Assembly: GCF_009914755.1 (NCBI RefSeq)
Contig: NC_060942.1
DNA: 64,000 bases
Reading direction: 5' to 3' (one strand)
Origin: the human T2T-CHM13v2.0 reference genome, Homo sapiens
The notes below the pieces were generated by a model. It was not told the DNA's origin. It did no database searches and saw only the letters and a list, made by a program, of their open reading frames with translations. The position numbers were made by a program, and so were the translations under genes. Shown here in pieces: positions 1 to 10,590 of the stretch (position 1 is its first letter; the number at the start of each line of letters is the position of its first letter).

Positions 1-339
1 CCACCAAATACTACTGGATTCACTTGCCATCGTTCTGTTAGGATAAGACGCAAAGGGCACAGGCTGAGCTGGAGGAAGAAGGATAGGATCCTCACACTGG
101 TTCTCTCACTCCATCAGATGGAAGAGGAAGGCGGGGGTGCTACAGTGAAGGAAGCTTAGAGTTTGTCGAATCATAGCAACTGAAAATAGAAGACACCCAG
201 GGAAGACTCCCGCAGTGGCCCATGCAGCTCATGAATGCTGAGGCTTGGCTTGTGTAAGGCAATGTCAATGACAAATTATAATTTTTAATCCCTTGAAGGT
301 GTAACTCTATGGTGGAAAAATGCATTCCTTATGATTTTA

Positions 340-419
340 TTAGCTTGGTGCAAAAGCAATTGAAGTTTTTGCCCTTAAAAGTAACAGAAAAAAACACAAT
401 AACTTCTGCACCATCCTAA
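340..419. mobile_element. MADE1 mariner-derived MITE (~80 bp)
   Basis: TTAGCTTGGTGCAAAAGCAATTG...CAATAACTTCTGCACCATCCTAA: imperfect terminal inverted repeats matching the MADE1/Hsmar1 TIR, flanked by TA. Confidence 0.85.
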
Positions 420-751
420 TAATACAATTCTGGTTTAAACTTTTTTAATGGAAAAATCTTGATACGGTATCAAGTTCAAAAATGCTTTTAATTATGAAGG
501 GCTGGTGGTTTGCCAGCACCCTGTAAACCCAGAGGGCATTACCTGACCTTCAAATCACATGGTCACACATTAGGAATGTAGTCTTTTACTCATCTTAACT
601 ATATGCATACCAAAACATAAATCTCTCTCTCTCTGTTAAAAAATTATTTAACCAAAACTCCCCTGAAGCTACCTGAAATAAGAAGAAACAAAAAGACTAC
701 TGAACAACCACAAGGGGTAAGGCACAGTGTCAGAGGCTGCAGGAGCCACAC

Positions 752-858
752 GGAGGAAAATGAAGCACACTCCTGAATGTCACGCATGTGACGTCTAATG
801 AAAGGAGGAAAATGAAGCCCACTCCTGAATGTCACGCATGTGACCTCTAATGAAAGGA
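752..858. repeat. Tandem duplication, 2 x 52 bp
   Basis: GGAGGAAAATGAAGC(A/C)CACTCCTGAATGTCACGCATGTGAC(G/C)TCTAATGAAA starts at 752 and 804; 2 mismatches. Confidence 0.95.
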
Positions 859-959
859 ACCACCACGCACTGAACCTCATTAATAAGGGAGAAATAACGC
901 AGCAGTCCTGTGGGAAGGAGCACAGCTCAGCCTTAGAGATAGAACAGCTCCTGACCTGG

Positions 960-1780
960 GCTTTCTAGAGTGAACAGGGCATGGCATGTGGGGGAAAACG
1001 AAATATTCTGGTTGTCTTTGCCATGGACATCAAGAGTAGTGAATGGGAGAAAGGAAACCTGGGGACCAGTTAGGAGTCTCTGGAAATATTTCAGGTGAAG
1101 AGTGATGAGTGCAGCAGCAATGGACATAGAGAAGATGGTTTAAGAGGATATTTTGGAGATGGAATCATTGGAAGTTGGCAAATGTGAAGTCCAAAGTAAG
1201 TGAAAGCCGATTCAAAATGTGGAAGGCTGAATGAACTGGAGGAGGCGGTGATGGTCCCATCTTCCCCAATGTTGTGTCTTCACCTCAAAGGCTGTATATT
1301 ACAGGACAAGGCTCCGTAAGTATTTTTTGAAAGAGAAGAAGGTTTTGGAGTGAAGCTATTGAATTGGTTTAGGATACATGTTTGAAAATCAAAAGGCTGC
1401 TTCAGAAGCCTAATATGCAATAGGAAAATGTAGATCTGATGAGGTCTAGGGGTCGCTCTGGGAACCCTGTACGTGATGGTGGTGGTTGGACACGTAAAAG
1501 TAAGTAAACGCATCTTAGCAAAGCACACAGAGGGTGGAGGAAGAAAGCCAAGAATAGGATATCAGGCATATCTCCATTTAAGCCATAGGAGTTATCAGTG
1601 CAATCTGCAATTAAGAGCAGGCAGCGAGGTTTGAGGATGACCCGGAAAGCAGGATTACAGACAGTTCGGGAGGAAACATTTCTGATGAGGAAGATTACCT
1701 ATCCACACTTCCAAGCTTGTTGGAAGAAACCTCAAAGGAAGTTGATGAATTTAGCAATTAGAAGGTCACTAGTGCCAACC
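960..1780 (-). mobile_element. L2 LINE fragments (boundaries approximate)
   Basis: Purine-rich degenerate L2 antisense motifs (GACCAGTTAGGAG..., GATATTTTTGGAGATGGAATC...). Confidence 0.5.
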
Positions 1781-2164
1781 AAAGGCCTACAAAGGAGCAT
1801 AATTTGGCACATGTATTCAAATGTAAGACAGGTTACTCTTCACCCAATAATTCCATTCCAGGAAATTATCCTAGGGCATGAATTGTCATGAAGAATAAAG
1901 ATTTGAGTACCAGGAAATACAGCACTACATTGCTTATGGTCAGTTTCCACAGCCAGGATGGGTTAAATATATATAGTAAAATGTGGCACAGCAATTAAAA
2001 TTTGAATATGACACAACCATTAAAATGACACATACAAGTATAATAATTGTTAGGAAATAAAGATGTGCCTTATATATTGTACAGTGAAAAAGACATGTCA
2101 TAAAATAATAAGTATATCTTTCCCTTTTTGTTAACATAAATATGGAATAAAACTTAGTTTACCA

Positions 2165-2720
<556 letters not shown>

Positions 2721-3201
2721 CCACAACAGATTCTTTTTATTGAATTTATCTTCTTTTTCTAAAATAAAAGCAAATTTATGTTTTTTTTTGGATTAAGGCC
2801 TATTATTGACAGCAAAGAAAATCATTTTTGGTATAAGAGCTACAGAATATCTTTCCCAGCATCATAATCATTCAGAATAACATATTTGCTGGACTTTTAG
2901 GGAGTGTTAGCAGGTATTTGATAACTAACCATTCTGAGACACTGATTTGAGAATATCTACTTCAAAACTTACCATCATTCCCTGAATCGTGTGTAATTAT
3001 TGGCAATTAGATTTTAGGTATTCTGTTTCATTTTGAGATCTATTTATTCAGAAATACAAATATTATTTTTTAAAAGTTTGGCAATGTCCTTGATATGGAT
3101 TTTAATTCTAGTTTAAAAAGACAATATAATCTGGAATGGGTTTATTAATTCTGGTTGGTTTTTAAGTAATATCTTAGTTTAATTAAAGATTTTTTTCCCT
3201 T

Positions 3202-3494
3202 GGCCGGGCGCAGTGGTTCATGCCTATAATCTCACCAAGGCAGGCAGATCACTTGAGGCCAGGAGTTCGAGATCAGCCTGGCCAACATGGTGAAACCCTG
3301 TGTCTACTAAAAATACAAAAATTAGCCAGGTATGATGGCACACACCTCTAATCCCGGCTACTCAGGAGGCCGAGGCAGGACAATCGCTTGAACCCAGGAG
3401 GCAGAAGTTGCAGTGAGTTGAGATCGCACCACTGCACTCCAGCCTGGGTGACAGAGTGAGACTCTATCTCAAAAAAAAAGAAAAAGAAAAAAAA
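3202..3494 (+). mobile_element. AluS with small left-arm deletion
   Basis: Alu dimer with A tail; lacks the GCACTTTGGGAGG segment. Confidence 0.9.
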
Positions 3495-5383
3495 TTCCCC
3501 TCAAAAGATAATGTTTTAATTGTTTAAAATTCAGAATAATCCTGCTGCATTCTGATTCAGGCGTATGCGGTGCCTAGCATAATGTACATGCGTAGAATTT
3601 CATCTAGAAATTCGCTGTGTGGTCTACAGCAGTCCGTGTAGCATCTTCAGCCAGAAGTCTCCTGAGGATTTGGACTAAAAGATACTTCAGCTGCTTTCTA
3701 TGGCCATAATTCAAGGTATCCAAGAATGAATAAATATTAATACTGAGCTGTTACGAAGAGAAGCATGCAGACAGGACGATTTTCTCTGTGGAAAGCTTTC
3801 AGAATCTAAATAGAATGCTTCACTTTTTCTGTGCTTCCAGAGCACCTTGTGTGTGCCCTCCCCCACATGATAATACAGTTATCTATTGTCTATCTTTGCT
3901 GCTGAACTTCAAGCTGCAGCAAAAGCAAAGATTGTGTCTTAGGTTTTGTGACTTTATCACAGTGCCTCACAGGTAAAAAGCATTCAGTAACATTTGTTAC
4001 ATAATACTAAATTCCTGAGGTCTTTTCAGTTGGGTGTTGAAAAGCAAGGCTGGGGGCACTTTGAGTGACTGTTGTGACACACTGCTACTTGGCTCAGCCC
4101 AGTGGGTCACCATTCCATCAGCAGCTCCCAGGATTTGCCTTACAATCTGATGCTGGGAACCCCCTCCCCAGGAGACAGTAGCAAATCTTTTCAGAAAGCC
4201 ATATATTTTGTATAATTTTACATGGAAACAGAATTAGGGGAAATTGAAGACAAAGAAGGCCAAAAAAATAAATTTATCTTTGCATTTTATTTCTCCTATT
4301 CTTTGGTTGTTGGTAACTCTTTCAGAATCAAAGTGAGAGAGGCCAATTAAAACATTTCCATTTATGATTAAAAGCAAAAAAGTTCCTGGGTAGAAAAGCT
4401 TTCAGTTTGAGTAGAAAGCAAAACGGGTAGGCCGAGGTCACCATTTCACTTTTTCATCAGTGCCATTTTTTTTTATCCTTCCGCACTGATTTTATTTTAT
4501 CATTTTCAATACCTTTTTAAGTAATTCAGCCCACTCAATTATTCCTTAACAAATTTTTATTGATGACCTCTCTTGAGGATGGGATGTGGGTTGCTGGCTA
4601 TTAGCTTAATGTCGTACAATTAATATCTTCTCGGTATTCCTTCTTTATTCAACAAGTAGTACTGGTAAGGGCCAACCCATCTTTTAAAGGTAAACCTTGT
4701 CCCAGTTAAACACAAGAATGAAATCACTATAGATCTATTGTTTCTCGGAACAGAATATTTCCATTTGCATAAAATAATTTTCCTTTGACAAGGTGCCAGG
4801 AAGAAACACCTCATGCCCATACTTCACAGTGCTCTTTCTATGGCATTAAGAATAGAAGAAATTGCCACGGTGGCCTTCGTACTATTATTCTCCCCCCTTG
4901 AGCCTCCCAACCCCTCCTGATCTATAGCATCCTGGCTCTTCAAGAGGCCTGTCTCTGAAACGCCCAGGATAATGGACAAAAGGGGATTCCCCTCCATGAT
5001 GTAATTTCACGCTAAGGAGACTGGTTCACAGGTTGCAGTGTTAAGGTCAACTGCAGAGACTATAACCCTTACATTGGTGGAGAAATAATGGCTTGAGTCA
5101 AAATTTAAATAAAATTTAAATCTGAACAAGTCAAATGATCTACAAGCCTTAGGGACAAATGGTCTAGCAGACCAACATCATACTTAAATACCAAGAAAAA
5201 GAAATAGTTACTACTCTCAGGGGCACACTATAACATTAGAAATAACACAGCTGGTTACAGAGTGGACACCTTCCTTTAAAATTTAGGGAGGCAAGTTAAT
5301 TCTTCTAAATATGAGTCCTAATCCACAGAGTAATGAGAAAGTAGAATATTTAGGAATGAAGACTTCATCTACCAATAGACAGA

Positions 5384-5879
5384 TATGATGGTGAATTTTT
5401 CATGTCAACTTGACTGGCCCACACTGTCCAGATATTTGGTCAAGTACCACTCTGTTGAGTGTTACAGGAAGAATCCGCATTTGAATAGGTAGACTCTACA
5501 TAGCAGACCCCTCTCCCCAGTGTGGGTGGGCCTGATCCAATCAGTTGGAGGCCTAAATAGAACACAAAGGCCAGCCTCCCCTTAAGTAAGAGGAAGTTTA
5601 TCCCGCCTGACTGTTTTCTAACTAGGACATTTGTATTTTCCTGGTTCTGTACTTGAACTAAACCATCCGTTCTCCCGGGTCTCAAGTCTGGAACAAAACC
5701 ATTGGCTGTCCTGGGTCTCCAGCCTACTGCCTCACCCTGCTGATCCTGGACTTGCCCACTTCCATAATCACATAAGCCAACTCCCTTTCTCTCTCTGTGT
5801 GTGTGTATATATATATATGTATACACATATGTATACACACATCCTGTTGTTCTGTTTCTCTGAAGAAACCTGACATACA
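5384..5879 (+). mobile_element. MLT2 (ERVL) LTR
   Basis: TATGATGGTGAATTTTTCATGTCAACTTGACTGG start; internal (CT)/(TG)/(TA) microsatellite; TTCTGTTTCTCTGAAGAAACCTGACATACA end. Confidence 0.85.
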
Positions 5880-6329
5880 GCACGGTTCAGCAAGAAAGTT
5901 CAGGCCAATTTCACACTTAGACTGAGAATCATCCTGCACACTTTGGTATGAGAGACTTCATCCCTGGAATGTGCTGGGCATCAGCACAATGATCCATCTG
6001 AGTCTGCAGTGATCTGACTAGTGGTGCCATTTGCCAGCAAACCACAGGATACCCCCAAGGCTCAGATACTCTTTATTTTCTGAGCCTCTAAATTGATCTA
6101 GTAATTTTTCCAATTGCCATTAAACATCTGTGTTTGACACTTTCTATTCTGAAGGGACTGAAGGAGCCTCCCACAGAACCAAGCACCAATATCTGTAATG
6201 TCTTTTGCCCCTTGCAGGCACGTGTCCTCATCCTTACTTTAATTTCATAGATTAAAACATTGGATCTACTTGTGCAGTTGGTTTCCTAAAATTAAATCAT
6301 CATTTTCAATTATTCAGTTGTCATGAGTA

Positions 6330-7152
6330 TTCCTTGTTACAAATATCTGTGTATGTATGTGTGTGTATGTGTATGTATATGTTAATATATGTTAAGCAAA
6401 TATCTTTGTTTTCCTTCCTTTCTTATTCCTCTATCATGTAACACAATATATATTGACTTAGTATCATAATACTTGAGTATTGCTAATTTTACATCACAGT
6501 ATATAAGTTATGAGGTATCAAGGAGAAGAGTAGACATCTCTCAAGGACTTTACATCCTTTCTGGTGAATGGTTAGTGCATCTCGGTTGTATGCAGGATAA
6601 CTGTGTCATGTCAGGTGGAATTATATTGTTGTTATTGTCTTTACTTGGAGAGTAAGTATGGTTTAAAGAGAGGTGTATGAGTGCCAAGTTGACAAGGGGT
6701 GGACCTGTGATGGATACTTTCATATGTCAACTTGACTGGGCCATGGGGTGCACAAATATTTGGTTAAACATTATCCTGGGTATGTCTGTGAAGGTGTATC
6801 TGGATGAGATTAGCCGACTAATGAATCAGCTGACTTAGTAAAGCAGATTTCTCTCCCCGATGTGCATGGGCACCATTCAAACCAATGGAGGCCCGAATAG
6901 AATGAAAGGCCGAGGAAGAGAGGATTTGCTCTCTTTGCTTGCCTATTTTAAGCTGGGACATTGGTCTTGTCCTGCACACAGACTGGAACTTACACCATCC
7001 ATTCTCCTAAGTCTCCAGCTTGTAAGTGGCAGACTCAGTGACTTCTTAGTATCCATAATAGCATGAGAAAATTCCTTCTAATAAATCTCTCCGTGCGTGC
7101 ATGCAGGCGTGTTCTATTGTTTCTGTTTCTCTTGAGAATCTTGACTTATACG
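6330..7152 (+). mobile_element. ERVL internal 3' remnant with polypurine tract, followed by an MLT2 LTR (about 6706-7152)
   Basis: GCCAAGTTGACAAGGGGTGGAC (ERVL PPT junction) directly before TGTGATGG...TGTCAACTTGACTGGGCCA. Confidence 0.8.
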
Positions 7153-7392
7153 TCAGTCCTGACAGCTTAAGAAAAGATGAAAAGGAAATTATAGGATGAG
7201 ACTTTTTGGCATCTGTGCTTTGTTTATGGTAGTTTAGGTAGTTTTCAACTTACAAGCAGGTGAAGAGGACATGTGTGTGCCAGGGCAGAATGGCTTGAAA
7301 TTCTAGTCCTTATTTATCCCGCATCAGTCCTGTAAACTTGGATAAGTTACACAAAGTCCAAGCCATAGCTTCTTCATCTGTAAATAAGGAAC

Positions 7393-7695
7393 TGTTAGTT
7401 TCCCAGGACTGTCATAACAAAGTACCACAAACCGGGTGTCTCAAGCAACAGAAGTGTCTTCTCTCACTGCTTGGAGGCTGGAAAGCTGAGCTCAACGAGT
7501 CAGCAGGGTTGTTTTCTTCTGTGGGTCTGAGGCTGTATCTGTCCTGTGCCTCTCTCCTCATTCTGTGGTGTCCAGCAATCCACCGCATTCCCTGGTTTGT
7601 AGATGCGTAACCCCAGTCTCCAGCTCCGTTGTCACATGACTGTCTTTCCTTGGTGTCACTATACTTGTGTCTCTTCCTCACTTCCTCTTGTAAGT
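7393..7695 (-). mobile_element. MLT1 (MaLR) LTR fragment within a MIR
   Basis: TGTTAGTTTCCCAGGACTGTCATAACAAAGTACCACAAACCGGGTG is the MLT1 3' end in reverse. Confidence 0.75.
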
Positions 7696-7784
7696 TACGA
7701 TAGTGATCTTTATTTTATAGGGATGATAAATGGATGGGTCTCACTCTATTTAGGTCACCTTACTACAGAAGCCTTTTGTGATAA

Positions 7785-8130
<346 letters not shown>

Positions 8131-8560
8131 TTTATTCTCCTTAATAGCGTTAATTACACCAGACATGTTGTATATTTGAGTTTAATTGTTTGTGGTTCTT
8201 CTCCTGATAGCAGAATAGAAGCTCCATGAGACCAGTTATTTTGTCTGTTTGGCTCACTGCTGTATCCTGTCACCCAGGAGAGGATTAATAAATCACTGGA
8301 CAAATAAATGAATGAAAGGGTAGATTGGGAAACAGAGAAGCCATGGAAGTTGCCCAGTGCACAGCAGACCTAAGGTTCAAATCCAGGATTTTCTGATATC
8401 ACTGCCCATGCTCCATGGCCGGCCCTATCATCCTGCAGTAAAGCAGTAAAGCCCACCTGAAGGCCAACAACCACCCAAGGCCTCAGAATTGGAAGCAGAG
8501 CAGAGTTGCTTCTGGAATGGGTAAGGCCTTAGGGCTTGACTTTTTCTTCTCTTCACTCAC

Positions 8561-8617
8561 CTGCACCCCTCAGATACTGCTGTAGATAAAACCATCACTT
8601 TTCTAGGACAAACATTT
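8561..8617 (-). other. Candidate 57-nt exon (probably 5' UTR) of the gene starting at the CpG island
   Basis: Minus strand: long T run-CTTCTAG|AAATGTT...GGGTGCAG|GTGAGT. Strong acceptor and consensus donor in unique sequence ~1 kb from the island. Confidence 0.6.
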
Positions 8618-9551
8618 CTAGAAGAAAAAAAAAAACCTTTTTTTTTAATCTATGACAGCTGATGCTGTTAATCCAAGTGCTTTGTGGAATGTCAGAAACC
8701 ATACCTATAATATAATGTCAGGGTTGGAAAATATCTGAGATTTTAGTTCAAAATTCTTATTTAGTTGATACAAATGCATGGTCCTCTGTTGTAGCTAGTT
8801 GAAACAAAGATCAACATGTTATGTACACTTTCTTTTATATTTTTTCTCAGATTCATCACATGTTTTTTTGTCGTAAAATTAGAAAACTCCTCTGCATTAG
8901 AGATCAGTTTACTCTTCTTTTGTATTTCCCATATCAGTTATTGAAAGCACTAAATTATCCTGCAAACTCCCGGCTGATGCCTAAGGAATTCGAGTTCCAG
9001 AAGCAAGCCCCCAGAGGACCCCGGCCCAGGCCCGCTCCTCTGCGCAGCGCTGGCCCCCGCGGCCGTCAGGAGGGGAGGCCTGGAGACCCCAGGAGATCCA
9101 GGGCTGTCCGTAGGAGCCTGGAAAGGCCAGTTAGGCCGCGAAGCTTTGCCAAATGTGCGGTTGGAAACGTTCAGATTCTATATCTATTACTCGAAGCTCA
9201 CCAGCCGTGCCATGCATGCACGTAGGAAATTAGAGATTCCGACAGACGGGAGGGTGGGACGGTCCCTTTGCAAATCTGGCCGTTTTGGCTCCGCGCGGCT
9301 GGCACGCCCGCCGGGCCCGCGTCCAGCGCCTGCAGCACCGCCCGGGAGCCCGCGGCGCACAGAGCCCGCAGCGCGGCGCGGCGTGGGGGGCTAAGTCACT
9401 GCGAACCCTCGCCCGGAGCTGGGGTTCGGGGTCCCACTCCATTTCGGCAGGAGCGGGGCGCGAGGGTGGCGCGGGTAGTGGCGACCGGGACTGCCAGGGG
9501 CTCCGGCAAAGGAGGCCGCGGGTTGGGAGGGGCTCCCGACGTGGCGCGCAC

Positions 9552-9581
9552 GTTACCATGGCGACGCGTTTCCCTGGTTAC
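9552..9581. promoter_or_regulatory. Tandem RFX X-boxes
   Basis: GTTACCATGGCGAC (9552-9565) and GTTTCCCTGGTTAC (9568-9581) versus the RFX consensus GTTNCCATGGNAAC. Confidence 0.7.
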
Positions 9582-9743
9582 CTGCGGGGCCGCGTCCCGG
9601 AGGAGCCTGAGGGCCAAGAGGGCCGGCGCGCGGTGGGCGCGGCCTGCGGGGATGCCGGGCTCTACGGAGCAGCGCGGGGTCCCGAAGCCCCCTACCGCGA
9701 GGCCTCAGAAGGGGACGGCGACCTCTTGCAGCGGGAGCGCCTC

Positions 9744-9914
9744 CCCCACCTGCGCGAAGGCGAGGAGGTCCCACCTGCCTCAGCTGTCCCACCTGCCCCA
9801 TCTACCCCACCTGCCCCACCTATCCAACCTGCCCCACCGACCCCACCTGCCCCACCGGCAGGACGACAGGGACGTCCCACCTGCCTCATGCCCCACCTGC
9901 CCCACCTGCACCTG
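9744..9914. repeat. Degenerate (CCCCACCTG)n 9-bp minisatellite / E-box array
   Basis: Perfect CACCTG at 9747, 9772, 9790, 9808, 9844, 9878, 9894, 9903, 9909; CAGCTG at 9781; strict 9-bp phase over 9772-9858. Confidence 0.9.
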
Positions 9915-10128
9915 CGCGGAGGCCCAGGCGCAGCGGGAGCACCCAGTCAGGCCTGCCCTATGGCCCAGCTCCCAGCTCCCAGAGCCAACCTGACGCCTAG
10001 TACCAAAGAAGTCATTCTTTCAAAGGGTGTTTAGTGTAAGGGTAGGTCCTGAGATCCCAGGACTACAGCCATCATAAAGCTGACTCCGAAAGGTCTGCAT
10101 GAAATGGGGATTATAAAATCCCAGAAAT

Positions 10129-10260
10129 CGCCGGGCGCGGTGGCTCCCGCCTGGAATCCCAGCACTTTGGGAGGCCGAGGCGGGAGGATCCCTTGAGCCC
10201 AGGAGTTGGAGACCAGCCTGGATGACATAATAAGAACCCCCGTCTCAAATTTAAAAATAA
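10129..10260 (+). mobile_element. FLAM / Alu left monomer
   Basis: Monomer with GGGAGGATC.CTTGAGCCCAGGAG (FLAM/AluJ type); TSD AAAATC(C/T)CAGAAA at 10115-10127 and 10260-10272. Confidence 0.85.
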
Positions 10261-10422
10261 AAATCTCAGAAAGCCCTTTCCCCAGTGAGGCAGCATGCAA
10301 TCTGGAGTGTCGAGGTAAGAAGATGAACTTCAGATGAACTTAGATAAACCTTCCCCAGTTCACAGCTTCTCTTGCATCCTTTTTGCCTCTCAATCTCTGA
10401 TGTGTTCTCTGTTGCTAGCTGG

Positions 10423-10590
10423 CTCCCTCTCTCTCCTCTGTCTCTCTTCTCTCTCCCTCCCTCCCGTCTCTCCTCTCTCACTTCTCTCTCTCTCTCTTCT
10501 CTTTTCTCTTTCCTCTCTCCCTCCCCTCTCTTCTCTCTCGGTCTCTCTCTTTCACTCTCTCTCTTTCTCTCTCCGCGCCCCCCCTCCCCT
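10423..10590. repeat. CT-rich polypyrimidine low-complexity tract
   Basis: About 165 bp almost entirely C/T on the plus strand. Confidence 0.9.

Larger units (their letters stand above)
8990..10200. promoter_or_regulatory. CpG-island promoter, probably bidirectional
   Basis: Very GC- and CpG-dense segment in an otherwise AT-rich, CpG-depleted window; GC-box-like and NRF1-like motifs, X-boxes and E-boxes. Confidence 0.9.

Noticed and set aside
9744-9914. CRISPR-like array
   Set aside because: Eukaryotic DNA; 9-bp units without unique spacers
9268-9993. 241-aa ORF with PHLPHL repeats
   Set aside because: Non-ATG start in GC-rich DNA; the repeat is just the 9-bp minisatellite read in another frame
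8990-10200. Naming the gene driven by the CpG island
   Set aside because: No recognisable coding exon in the window; any symbol would be a guess
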